From a virus (taxonomy: Duplodnaviria; Caudoviricetes), in the IMG/VR virus record IMGVR_UViG_3300047160_036266, positions 96,001 to 160,000 of that record: 64,000 bases of DNA. One strand, written 5' to 3'. Shown piece by piece: positions 1 to 9,305 of this stretch. The notes beneath the pieces were generated by a model. It worked only from the letters and a program-made list of their open reading frames with translations. It was not told the DNA's origin and did no database searches. Position numbers and translations under genes: made by a program. Numbering within the stretch: the stretch's first letter is position 1; each line of letters opens with the position of its first letter.

Positions 1-177
1 ACTTGCGCAGTGTTGAAGTGACTGTGAACAATCTGACGGCGTTAGGCGGTCGTGGATATTAGTCCCGGTTGCTGGTAGACTCCTTGAGCAAGACCAGGAT
101 TACGAAGATCACAAGCACCAAGATTATGGTGCCCCAGCAGTCAAATATGGCCGTGCCGATGTCGTTGGCTGCAAACA

Positions 178-1632
178 TTAAAAATCCACCTTGTCTTTGA
201 TGATAACCTCGTGTCCTTTGTCCTTGAGGATGCGGACCCGCTTGTTGCTGTGCGTTTCGAGGTATTCATTGATCTTGAAAATAAAATCGTAGTAGTTGAG
301 GATTTCCTTGTCATCGGCCTGGCGCAAGCCACGACCGATGCGCTGCTCGATCTGGTGTTCGGCCTGGCCACCGGCGGCGTTGATGAGGTTGTGGACGAAG
401 ACATTGATGCCGGTGTTGAAGATGCCCTGGGTGGCGATGGCGACGACGTTGCCTTTGGCCCGCTGGAGCTTCTTGATGACCACCTGGCGGGTGTCCGGGG
501 TGTCCTGGCCCTGGACCCAAAGGGCACCGGGGATCATTTTGGAGAGAGCGTCCCCGTGGGCCAGGCGCTCCACCAGGATCAGCGTGCGGCCCGTTTGCAG
601 CTTCGCCAGGCGACTGACGATCTGGTGGAAGTGGTAGCTCTCAGCGATGCCGTGGGTAACGGCATCCATGTAAATATCCCAGGGAATCTGCGGTTCGGTG
701 ATGGGATAGAAGGTGCAGCGCGAGGAAGACAGAATGCTGCGCTCCTGAAGTTCCTTCGTCGTAATCTTACCGTCCCAGGTCGCCTTGGTTTTGAGGACCG
801 GGCCGAAGAAACCCTTGACGAAAAACTTCTGCACGCGATCCGTCTCGCCAAACTTGAATGGTGTGGCGGACAGAGCTACACGCACGGAGCAGTCCTTCAA
901 TAGCCGGTAAACCTGCTTGGCTTTGGTGGTCATCATGTCGTGGATTTCGTCCACGATCAGGCACCTGATCTTTGGCAGCAGTCGCTTGATCTTGTCGATG
1001 GACTGGATGGTGGAGCAGGTGATGATATTTGGGTCGTGATAGCCGCCGCCCAGCATACCGCAGTAGGGGAAGCCCCAATTGCTGATCTCGTCGTAGTTCT
1101 GCTTGGCCAGGCTGATGCGGTTCTGGAGAACCAGCGTGGGCGTCCCTGGGGGCAATGTCTTGAGGATGCCAACCATGATGTAGGTCTTGCCGCTGGCGGT
1201 GGGGGCGAAGATAACGCCCCGGTGGTTCCTGGCGACCTGATTGATGAGGTCCACTTGGTAGTCGTGGAGGATAATGGGCGAGGCCGGAGTGCCGTCCACC
1301 CAGGTCTTGGGAAGCCACTGGTTGAGGAACTGCTCGTCTACCTTGTCAAAGCGGAAGGGAAAGGCGTGGCGCTCATCGACCAATTCATAGTCGATATTCT
1401 TGCGGTCGAGGACCGACTTGACTTCGGGCAACAGGCCGGTGAGGAACTTGCCGGGTTCGCGCTTGAAAAACTCGGTGTAGCCGTCCCATATTTTTTGCTT
1501 GTAGGCACGGTTGTGGAAGTAATTCCGCTCCCGGAAACGCAGGCTGGTCCACAGGAGGGTCTTGACCGAATCGTTATTGGTGATGAGCCAGGAGTAGTCG
1601 TTCTGAATGCGTAGTATCGCTGCCATGCTCAT
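178..1632 (-). CDS. SF2 DEAD/DEAH-like DNA helicase (T4 UvsW-like)
   Basis: Motifs Q (LHDYQ), Walker A (APTASGKT), DEIH, SAT, GRTLILV..LAHG and QRIGRGLR; N-terminal extension as in UvsW. Confidence 0.85.
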   Translation of the reverse strand: MSMAAILRIQNDYSWLITNNDSVKTLLWTSLRFRERNYFHNRAYKQKIWDGYTEFFKREPGKFLTGLLPEVKSVLDRKNIDYELVDERHAFPFRFDKVDEQFLNQWLPKTWVDGTPASPIILHDYQVDLINQVARNHRGVIFAPTASGKTYIMVGILKTLPPGTPTLVLQNRISLAKQNYDEISNWGFPYCGMLGGGYHDPNIITCSTIQSIDKIKRLLPKIRCLIVDEIHDMMTTKAKQVYRLLKDCSVRVALSATPFKFGETDRVQKFFVKGFFGPVLKTKATWDGKITTKELQERSILSSSRCTFYPITEPQIPWDIYMDAVTHGIAESYHFHQIVSRLAKLQTGRTLILVERLAHGDALSKMIPGALWVQGQDTPDTRQVVIKKLQRAKGNVVAIATQGIFNTGINVFVHNLINAAGGQAEHQIEQRIGRGLRQADDKEILNYYDFIFKINEYLETHSNKRVRILKDKGHEVIIKDKVDF

Positions 1633-1694
1633 ATTTACGACTCCCTTCCCTGAAAGTCGTATTATAACCCATTGGCCCGCAAGGAAAAAGTCGG

Positions 1695-1937
1695 TTATCG
1701 GCGCTGGGACGGGATGTAACCCAACATGCGCCGCAGCTTTTCATCCACAAAATCTCGTGGGGCCATACCCGCTCGGTGATTGGGGACTATTTCCTCCTCA
1801 ATCTCGACTTCAGTTACCTTTTCAACGGCGTAGAACCAGTCTGCCAGATGATCGCCTGCGATCCCCTTGCGCAGCCGGCAAAGATAGCGAAAGTAAGCGG
1901 CCACCTGGATGTGATCGTGAGGTACGGTGGCACTCAT
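1695..1937 (-). CDS. Small DUF2934-like protein
   Basis: IQVAAYFRY...G.AG...DWFYA pattern resembles DUF2934. Confidence 0.5.
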   Translation of the reverse strand: MSATVPHDHIQVAAYFRYLCRLRKGIAGDHLADWFYAVEKVTEVEIEEEIVPNHRAGMAPRDFVDEKLRRMLGYIPSQRR

Positions 1938-1985
1938 TTGGCCACCGTGTCCTCTTTGGGTGCAGGTTTGGGCTGCTCCAGCGGT

Positions 1986-2336
1986 TTAGCTGGTTGCTGA
2001 GTCTTCGGGAGGGGCCTTATCACCCGGCTGCGGCCCCGAACCATCCTGGGTACTTTTCGACAGCACATCCTTCCCTCCTTTGAGTATGTGGCTGGGATAG
2101 CTTATATAGCCGTCCATGCCCTCTTCTTGCTTCTTCTTCTCGTCGTACTCGAAGAAGGAGGAGTAGTTGTCGTTGATGATGACCTCCAGATCGTGGTGGT
2201 CGATGTAATAATCCTTGTATTTGCGGCGGTCCAGTGGGTCGTAGATGCGGAAGAACAACTGGCCGTCCACACCCCGGAGGAGGAAACCCTTGACGTGGTG
2301 GGCCGGCGTTTCATTGGGCTGGAGGGGTCTTGCCAT
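1986..2336 (-). CDS. Hypothetical protein
   Basis: 116-aa ORF in gene-dense minus-strand run. Confidence 0.5.
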   Translation of the reverse strand: MARPLQPNETPAHHVKGFLLRGVDGQLFFRIYDPLDRRKYKDYYIDHHDLEVIINDNYSSFFEYDEKKKQEEGMDGYISYPSHILKGGKDVLSKSTQDGSGPQPGDKAPPEDSATS

Positions 2337-3699
2337 GTGACATCACCTTTGGTTCGATTAGGGTTCCAGGCATGAAAATACCCATGTATTCACGCATGTC
2401 GTCGTAGATCGCCCGTAGCGTCCCCGTCATGGGATTCTTCTTGCACTCCTCAATGTGGACATCGCAGAAGTGGTGCCAGAAGAATGTGAAAAGCAGAAAA
2501 CCTGCCTCCGTCCAGTCATATTCCTCGAAGGCGGCGTTAATGCGCTTCTTAAAGTCCAGCCACTCATTCCAGACCGCCTCATTCTTGCCATCGTCAGTCT
2601 GCAAGTCCAAGAAACGCTTGGCGTTGCGCCACTTATTGACGCAGCGCTTGCCATATTCCATGACGACGGGGTTGATGCGGGCGTCGGACCCGACCTGGGG
2701 TTGTGCGGCCCAATAGCGGACGCCATCCGAAGTATGCTGGTCCATATACTTGCCAGGAGGGACGAAGTTGCCAGCCGTCTTGGAAATCTTCTTCCCTTTA
2801 TCGTCCAGAGCGTGCCCGCAGATCACTATGGTTCGCCACGGTATCTGGTCGTTGTGAAGGACGCTTTTGATGATTGTGAAGAGCGCCCAGGTGCGGATAA
2901 TGTCGTGCGCTTGGAAACGAACGTCGAAGATTGGGCATTTGAGAGTGAGTTCGTACTGGTTGGCCTCGTGCCAGGCTAGTTGCGGCGACAGGCTGGACGT
3001 GTGCCAGGTGTCAAAAACGATACCCGGCTCGCCGGGGATGGGGATGCCGTAGTTCCGTTCCCGGCTGATAGACCAGTCCGAATCGCACTGATCCAGCCAG
3101 GAGAGGAGGCGGCCCTTGTACATCTCCGGCTTCCAAACGATCTGGTCAATGGCGGCACGGATGCGGGGCAGGTTGTCGAGGACTTTGATGAACCAACCCT
3201 CACCCCGGCGAAGCTCGACCTTAGCACCACTGCGCTCGTAGCAACCGTCTTCGGTCAACTCATTTTGGGAGACGGAAACCTTGGTGAGCGGGCAGTAGTA
3301 GTATTCCCGCTCGGCCTTATACGCCTGGCCCTTGTCCACCAAGTCCTTGAAGGACAGTTCGGCCAGTTTGATGGCGAAGGGGCAGAAGGTGGTGTAGTGG
3401 TGCCAGGACCAGGCCATTGCCAGGCGCATGAAGAGAAGGTGGTAAGCGATGGACTCGTGGTAGGAAAAGTCAATGATCTTGTCCTGGTCGGTGATTCCAG
3501 CGGCCTGGGCGAGCTTTTCGGTGGGCAACCCGTTGTTGTCGTAGCAATAGGGGTAGACTAGGTATTCGCCCTTGATGTGGCGGTGGTAACGGGCAATGAA
3601 GTCCATTTGGGCGTAGCTGAAGACGTGCCCCATGTGGAGGTTGCCGCTAATCGTAGGCGGCGGACAGTCGATGAGAAAGCGTTTGTTCTTGTCGTGCAT
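2311..3699 (-). CDS. valS: Miniature valyl-tRNA synthetase (archaeal/type-2-like), no CP1 editing domain, truncated C-terminus
   Basis: IDCPPPTISGNLHMGH (HIGH), YDNNGLPTE, DWSISRER.YGIPIP, FDTW.TSSLSP, QAHDIIRTW, KISKT (KMSKS); start taken at ATG 3699; about 460 aa. Confidence 0.85.
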   Translation of the reverse strand: MHDKNKRFLIDCPPPTISGNLHMGHVFSYAQMDFIARYHRHIKGEYLVYPYCYDNNGLPTEKLAQAAGITDQDKIIDFSYHESIAYHLLFMRLAMAWSWHHYTTFCPFAIKLAELSFKDLVDKGQAYKAEREYYYCPLTKVSVSQNELTEDGCYERSGAKVELRRGEGWFIKVLDNLPRIRAAIDQIVWKPEMYKGRLLSWLDQCDSDWSISRERNYGIPIPGEPGIVFDTWHTSSLSPQLAWHEANQYELTLKCPIFDVRFQAHDIIRTWALFTIIKSVLHNDQIPWRTIVICGHALDDKGKKISKTAGNFVPPGKYMDQHTSDGVRYWAAQPQVGSDARINPVVMEYGKRCVNKWRNAKRFLDLQTDDGKNEAVWNEWLDFKKRINAAFEEYDWTEAGFLLFTFFWHHFCDVHIEECKKNPMTGTLRAIYDDMREYMGIFMPGTLIEPKVMSHGKTPPAQ

Positions 3700-3857
3700 G
3701 GTGGGTTTGTCCGGTGAGAGAGCGTGTGGAAACGACGGGGCCACGCTCCTCCACGGAGACGCAGCCCGAAGCCACGCCCACACGGACAACAAAACTAGCC
3801 GCAAGAACGGTCATGTAGGTATTATACGTCAGTGTCGCTCAAAACGCTACCCGAAAA

Positions 3858-3952
3858 TGCCCAGGGCGGGACTCGAACCCGCACGGGAGTTACCTCCCAC
3901 GGGATTTTAAGCCGACTTAAATCCCGTGTGTCTACCATTCCACCACCTGGGC
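3858..3952 (-). tRNA. tRNA-Leu(TAA), class II, with a 10-nt insertion in the anticodon arm
   Basis: GCCCAGG/CCTGGGC acceptor, A73, D-loop TGG, long variable arm, GGTTCGAGTCC; anticodon arm is 27 nt (CGGGATTTAAGTCGGCTTAAAATCCCG) instead of 17. Confidence 0.85.
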
Positions 3953-4663
3953 TTAGACCTCCCACTCGGCGTCGATGCTGCGGTAAACCCGACCCTTCTT
4001 CACTTTGGGCTGGTCCAGGTCAAAACCCATGTGTTGCTCGATCACGCTTTTCACAGTGGCGGCATCCTCCATCCGTGGAATGGTGGACAGGGTATGGAGG
4101 GATGCCATCCAGAAGTCCCATTCCTTCTTGGTCCCGGCCTTGGAGGGTTCCAAGAAGCCGGACTGGCTGTAATCAGGATATTGAATGCCACCGGGGCCAT
4201 GCTGCATAAAGCGGCGAACCTGGAAATCACGCCCGGTTTTATAGTGGGTCACGTCGCCAAGGGGTTTTTGAATGTGGCCGGACTGGCGCAGGAAGTTCAC
4301 CTGTCCGGCGATGGCGGTAATAATGATGGTGTGCAAGGTCTTGCCCATTGAAAAAACGAGCGGCCCCTTGTCTTGGTTGCGGCGGTCGATGACGTTGTAA
4401 TATATCCGCTCGACCGGCTTGATCTGCTTGGCTTCCTGCTCCCGCTGCTGCCGCCAGAGGGCTGTGAAGAGGGAACAATAGTCGCATTGACCAATCCACT
4501 TGCCATCCTTGAGGGTCATGTGGCAGAAGTGGGTGCCGTTCGCCAGGCGGTGGGTACGGCAGCCGTGGAACAGCTTGCAACCCTGTTTCGGCGGCAGGAT
4601 GCGCAAGTCGAAAGGTTCGATGCCGTTGGGCAGTTGACAGAAGATGTTGTTGAGGTTGCCCAT
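3953..4663 (-). CDS. Single-stranded DNA-binding protein, T4 gp32-like
   Basis: LRILPP, His/Cys cluster, YYNVIDR...GPLVFSMGK pattern typical of gp32-like SSBs. Confidence 0.6.
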   Translation of the reverse strand: MGNLNNIFCQLPNGIEPFDLRILPPKQGCKLFHGCRTHRLANGTHFCHMTLKDGKWIGQCDYCSLFTALWRQQREQEAKQIKPVERIYYNVIDRRNQDKGPLVFSMGKTLHTIIITAIAGQVNFLRQSGHIQKPLGDVTHYKTGRDFQVRRFMQHGPGGIQYPDYSQSGFLEPSKAGTKKEWDFWMASLHTLSTIPRMEDAATVKSVIEQHMGFDLDQPKVKKGRVYRSIDAEWEV

Positions 4664-4813
4664 GAGGGCCTATCCTACCCCGTTTTTTCTAGCAGGTAAA
4701 GGTTGAATACTTCAGGATTTGGCAGTACAATCAGAGTGGAGAGGTTGCGCCTTCCACGGAACAAAGGTACAGTAGCCGACCCTCTATTTCCTTCCTGCCG
4801 GCTATATACCAGC

Positions 4814-5638
4814 ATGGACTTCACCGAATTTCTGCTTGAGGCCAAGTTTGCCAAGATCATGAACGCCCTCCGGGGTGACGTGCCGCACGTCAACCAAATG
4901 GGCATCATGACCGCCCAGAATCCCTTGGGCGTAGAGGCCCCGGCCCAGCAGAACAACGCCGCCAACCGGGAGCTTCTGAAGGAGCTTCGTCGCGCCAACT
5001 TCCGGGGCTACCCGGTGAATCCCCGCTGGATAATGGGTAAGTTTGGAAATATCGAGGACAGCTACTTCATCCCGCATATCGACCGGAATACCCTCATCAC
5101 CTTGGGTGCCCGCTTCGGCCAGCGGTCGGTGATCTGGGGCCAGAAGATGCAGGACGAAGATGGCACCTACATTCGCTTCGAGTATATCGACACCCCGGCA
5201 GAGACATTGCCTCTGGACCCGTCCACCTACCAGACATCGCAAACGAGGGACGTGGTTCTGGCCGGCAAAGAGGCGGCTGAGCGCAGCGATTTGTTCTCGG
5301 CCAAACCCTTTCCCCGCAGCGGCATCGACAAGCGCACCGGCAGGCCGGCGACGGTTCGGAAGTTCGTCATTCCCTTCTTTGATCCCACCTACGAGAAGGC
5401 GAAATTCGCCCCTGACAAGGCCAGTGTCATGAAGCCGGTCGAGGATTCCGTGTCCGCCGAACCCTCGTTCTTATCTTCCGAATTGCCGGACACGCCCGAA
5501 GTCCGGCGGCTGGTCGAGGAGATTCGCAACCGGGAGGGCAGCTTGTATGCCCAGGGTAAGGTGCAACGCTGGTATTGGGAGAGTCGGGGGCTGCTGGAAG
5601 TGTCCCTTCAGAAGCTTCGTGAAGTTCTTAAAGGTTAA
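4814..5638 (+). CDS. DUF3293-like protein with N-terminal capsid-targeting-like motif
   Basis: Start MDFTEFLLEA; GIMTAQNP...N..ANREL...RFGQRSVIW resembles DUF3293; TATATA 5 nt upstream of ATG. Confidence 0.55.
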   Translation: MDFTEFLLEAKFAKIMNALRGDVPHVNQMGIMTAQNPLGVEAPAQQNNAANRELLKELRRANFRGYPVNPRWIMGKFGNIEDSYFIPHIDRNTLITLGARFGQRSVIWGQKMQDEDGTYIRFEYIDTPAETLPLDPSTYQTSQTRDVVLAGKEAAERSDLFSAKPFPRSGIDKRTGRPATVRKFVIPFFDPTYEKAKFAPDKASVMKPVEDSVSAEPSFLSSELPDTPEVRRLVEEIRNREGSLYAQGKVQRWYWESRGLLEVSLQKLREVLKG

Positions 5639-6366
5639 TTGTTGGATGGGTCGAAGGTTTCCTCATCCTCGTCTTCATCCAGGCCCAGGTCTTCCCAGGG
5701 CACCGTTTCCAGTTCCCCGCTCTTGATCTTCTCGGTTGTCTCCTTCATCTCTTCGAGGAAGGCGGCGTTGTCTGCCGGCCCGCCCATGAAGGAAATATCG
5801 TCGTAGATTGCATCCAGCACGTCCAACAAGGTGAAGTCCCGTTCCCCCATGAAGATGAGCTTGGCCTTGCCGTCGCGCATCTTGGGGTCATAGATGCTGA
5901 CTTCCGTATTGAGCTTGACGGGCAGGTTGGCAAGTTCCCACATGGGGGAGTAGGAGACGCTGTAGCAGGTGAAGCCCTGTTCGTTGGGCTTGCCAATGCC
6001 GTGGAAGCCCGCTGACAGGTCGATGCTGTTCTTCTTCTTGTAGTTGTGGGTGCTGGCGTGCCAGTAGATTTCCAGGTGGTCCAGCGGTTCGGGGTCCGGC
6101 TCCATTTTGAGGACCATTTTGCGGGCGTCCTCGTGGAACTCGTCAATGTGCCGGCACCACGCATATTGCGAGATGAAGTCCTTCAGGTCAGGGAGCTTGG
6201 CCACCCCCTCGAAGATGTCCCGCAGCGTCACTCCTTCCTCGATCTCGCAGGAGCAGCGCAGCAGGGTCCAGATGTACCGAGGCCGGCGCTTTACATATTC
6301 ACGCGCGTCTCCGTCCCATTTGTAGGACCAAATGCCGTCCTTCTCGATTTTGGCATGTTCCGACAT
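5635..6366 (-). CDS. Hypothetical protein
   Basis: 243-aa ORF with acidic C-terminus. Confidence 0.6.
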   Translation of the reverse strand: MSEHAKIEKDGIWSYKWDGDAREYVKRRPRYIWTLLRCSCEIEEGVTLRDIFEGVAKLPDLKDFISQYAWCRHIDEFHEDARKMVLKMEPDPEPLDHLEIYWHASTHNYKKKNSIDLSAGFHGIGKPNEQGFTCYSVSYSPMWELANLPVKLNTEVSIYDPKMRDGKAKLIFMGERDFTLLDVLDAIYDDISFMGGPADNAAFLEEMKETTEKIKSGELETVPWEDLGLDEDEDEETFDPSNN

Positions 6367-6381
6367 AGCAGTTCCTTAATA

Positions 6382-6628
6382 GGTAGCACACTCCCGTAAG
6401 CAGGATTCTGTTCTATGCCATCATTTATCTCACAGGCCGTGGTGGGCCTGCGGCCTTGCGGCTGCACCTACCAGACCCGTTGCCCTGCTCACCGGCTGGG
6501 TCTATTTGGTTTGCACCCTCCGGGGTGGTAGCGATACTGAGCCTTGCGGCTGTTCTCTCCCCCGTTAAGCAGTGGTGTCCTGACTTTCCTCTATCCCTTG
6601 CGGGACAGCGATGGCTCGGAGCGCTACC
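6382..6628 (-). ncRNA. rnpB: Minimal RNase P RNA
   Basis: Minus strand: P1 GGTAGCGCTCC/GGAGTGTGCTACC, P2 GCCATC/GATGGC, P3 GTCCC-GCAA-GGGAT, CR-I GAGGAAAGTCAGGACACC, GGGTGCAAACC, GAGCAGGGC, GAGATAAATGATGGC, CR-V AGAACAGAATCCTGCTTA; P4 covaries (AAGTCAGGA/TCCTGCTT); 247 nt. Confidence 0.85.
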
Positions 6629-6671
6629 TAGTTAGTGATTGTACCAGGGATTTGGCCGGTTGTAAAGCCCC

Positions 6672-9185
6672 TCAATCTTCTGAGCCGCCGTCCGTTCCTG
6701 GGTCAGCGTCCTCCGATCCGTCGTCGCTCCAGGTCACATCCGGCGAGTTCCAATCCCAATCATCTGCGTTTTGAAGCCGCAATCGACAGACATTTCCAAA
6801 AAGGAGACGCCGGCCAGAGTCGTCATGGGTAATAACCGACTGGCTAGGATTAGCCGTTACCACATAACGGAAACCTGTGGTTTGTTCCCAACAACCTTGC
6901 CTCACGACCTCCTGAATAATGTAGCGACCGGGCCGAACGTAGAATAGCAGATCGCCGTTCCTGTCCGTTTCGCCCACTATCCTGTCATTTGCCAGAATGC
7001 GCCATCCCGCCAGACCTTCCTCGTCAGGGTCCAGTTCCCCATTGCCATTACGGTCGTTGAACTTGTGAACCAGAATGGCCACCTTGATAGGTCCAGGCTC
7101 GGCACTATCATCGCCGCCGCCTCCTCCACTTAAATTTCTTGGCGGGCCAGTTATCACTGGCTCAAAGGGATTGTAGGGCGAAACCACAAAAGGAGGATTC
7201 TGATTGGGCAGATAAGGCAGGAGGGATATAATCGCGTAGAGTATCTTTATCTTTAGCAATGCTCGCAGAATGTCTCCCTCAAGTGCCAAGTCAGGGTTTT
7301 CACCTGGGGGTTTTTCGCCACCGTCTCCTGGGGGCTTACCACCGCCACCGCCACCGCCACCGCCACCGCCACCGCCACCACCACCACCGCCACCATTTTG
7401 GGGAATTACCACGGTTTGTTCGGTGATTCCTCCCTGGTCGTTAGTAGCGTGGTTATTGCTGTCGCCGTTATAGTGAACCGTCCATGTATATTTGCCGGGC
7501 ACCGATCCCAGGGTGAAGCCGATTGGGGTAGCATAGGTTCCATTGCCGTTGACCGTTACCGTCTCAGTGTCCACCGTATTACCGCCCGGCCCCGTCAGGG
7601 TGAAGGTGATTGTGCCAGTGGGCGAAAAACCGCCGGCCAGGATCGCTTTGTCAGTCAGGATGGCCGAGGCCGGCAGGGTCACTGTGTTGGGGCTGGCGTT
7701 CGTAACCAGCGTGGGGCTGTTTGGTGTAATCACTGCTCGCTCCTGTGCAGGATTACTGTCGCTGAGGCTGTTGTTGTTGCCGTCGCCGCTGTAGGTGGCG
7801 ACCCAGAGGTAGGTGCCAGCGCCCGCCCCTGTGAAGCCGATGGGCGTTGTATAAGTGCCATTCCCATTGACCGTGACCATCTCCGTGTCCACAGGCAGGA
7901 TTCCACCGTTGAGGAATAGTCTGAAGGTGATAGTCCCGGTGGGGTCGAATCCCCCGGCCAGGATTGCCTTGTCAGTTAGCACTGGAGCCGGCAAAGGGGC
8001 TGTGGCGGGGCTGGCGGCTGTGAACAAGTTCGGACTGGCCGGTGTAATGACAACCCGCTCCTGGGTGGGATTGTTGTCGATGGTTCCATTATTATTGGGA
8101 TCGCCGCTATAGGTAGCGACCCATTGATAAGTGCCGGCTCCTGTGGCTGCATTCAAGGTGAAACCGACAGGTGTGGTGTAGGTGCCGTTGCCAAGTACCG
8201 CAACCATTTCCGTGTCCACGGGCAGGATGCCGCCGTTGAAGAACAATCTAAAGGTGATGCTGCCGACCTCGAAGAAGCCGCCGCTCAGCGTAGCCGAGTC
8301 CTTCAGCACCGTGGGTGTGTTGCCCAGGGTGACGGCGCTTGGATTGGCGCTGGTGGTCAGTGTCGGATTCGCCGGACTTACGACGGTTTGTTCTGCGGTC
8401 CCTCCTTGGTCGTTGGCGGGACTGTTTGCGCTATCGCCGCTGTAGTGAACTGACCATGTATAGGTGCCGGCCACTGATCCGGTGATGGATATATTGGTGC
8501 TGGCGCTGTAGGTGCCGTTACCGTTGACCGTTTCGGTCTGGGTGGACGAGAAACCGCCTGGGCCGTTCAACGTGAAGACGATGGTGCCTCCAGGGGAGTT
8601 GCCGCCGGACAGCACTGCCGTGTCGCTTAGTGATGCTATGCTCATCCCCAGCGTGATGGCGTTGCTGGCGGTGGTTATGAGCGTGGGTTGGACCACCGCC
8701 AGAACCTTGAAATTGTCCGTCTTGCTGTTGTTATTTTCAAAACCGAAATTGCTGTGAGGATCACCCGGATTATAGTCCGCCACCGGCGTCAGCCACACCT
8801 TGTAATTCCCCCCTGGGTTGGGCGTGGTGCTAAAGGGGAAAAGACCCACCGTTATGCCGCCGAAGACCGAGACGCCGATAGCGTGCGTCGTGCCGAGGTA
8901 AGCGTCGAAAACGCCCGCTGCTGAAACATGGGCCTCACGCTCGGTGATCGGGTCGGTGGAAAGTAGAGTGGAGCCGTTCGGGTCGGTGACTTGAAAAAAA
9001 TAGTCGCCGCTTGGGGTGTTGCCCTGGTTGCTATTGCCGACCCGGATATAAACGTCCGACTTGTTGGCGAAGTTGTTGCCGTTGATCGTTGACCCATCCA
9101 CGGTGGTGGCAAACACATTACCAGCAAAAGAGGGGCAACATCTATCTTCTAACTGCTCAAGCCTTGGGCGGAAGGTATTTCGCAT
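6672..9185 (-). CDS. Secreted surface/adhesin-like protein: planctomycete leader, four Ig-like repeats, poly-Gly linker, SdrD-B-like domain
   Basis: N-terminal RPRLEQLEDRCCPS; repeats PTL.T.AS...L.D.A.L.GG..P.GTI.F.L...GNGTY...Y.W...YSGD.NN; C-terminal KFNDRNGNGELDPDEEGLAGW. Confidence 0.75.
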   Translation of the reverse strand: MRNTFRPRLEQLEDRCCPSFAGNVFATTVDGSTINGNNFANKSDVYIRVGNSNQGNTPSGDYFFQVTDPNGSTLLSTDPITEREAHVSAAGVFDAYLGTTHAIGVSVFGGITVGLFPFSTTPNPGGNYKVWLTPVADYNPGDPHSNFGFENNNSKTDNFKVLAVVQPTLITTASNAITLGMSIASLSDTAVLSGGNSPGGTIVFTLNGPGGFSSTQTETVNGNGTYSASTNISITGSVAGTYTWSVHYSGDSANSPANDQGGTAEQTVVSPANPTLTTSANPSAVTLGNTPTVLKDSATLSGGFFEVGSITFRLFFNGGILPVDTEMVAVLGNGTYTTPVGFTLNAATGAGTYQWVATYSGDPNNNGTIDNNPTQERVVITPASPNLFTAASPATAPLPAPVLTDKAILAGGFDPTGTITFRLFLNGGILPVDTEMVTVNGNGTYTTPIGFTGAGAGTYLWVATYSGDGNNNSLSDSNPAQERAVITPNSPTLVTNASPNTVTLPASAILTDKAILAGGFSPTGTITFTLTGPGGNTVDTETVTVNGNGTYATPIGFTLGSVPGKYTWTVHYNGDSNNHATNDQGGITEQTVVIPQNGGGGGGGGGGGGGGGGGGGKPPGDGGEKPPGENPDLALEGDILRALLKIKILYAIISLLPYLPNQNPPFVVSPYNPFEPVITGPPRNLSGGGGGDDSAEPGPIKVAILVHKFNDRNGNGELDPDEEGLAGWRILANDRIVGETDRNGDLLFYVRPGRYIIQEVVRQGCWEQTTGFRYVVTANPSQSVITHDDSGRRLLFGNVCRLRLQNADDWDWNSPDVTWSDDGSEDADPGTDGGSED
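7338..7394 (-). repeat. GGT/GGC codon repeat encoding about 19 consecutive Gly
   Basis: (acc/gcc)n run on the plus strand. Confidence 0.9.
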
Positions 9186-9221
9186 ACCATATAAATTGTC
9201 CTCGTGTTGAAATTCTTTTAG

Positions 9222-9305
9222 TGCCCCCGCCAGGACTCGAACCCGGACTCCCGTTACAGGAACTTGGGCCTAAGCCAAGCGCGTCTACCCTTTCGCCACG
9301 GGGGC
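9222..9305 (-). tRNA. tRNA-Leu(TAG)
   Basis: Cloverleaf; CTTGG-CTTAGGC-CCAAG arm, long variable arm, GGTTCGAGTCC, A73. Confidence 0.92.
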
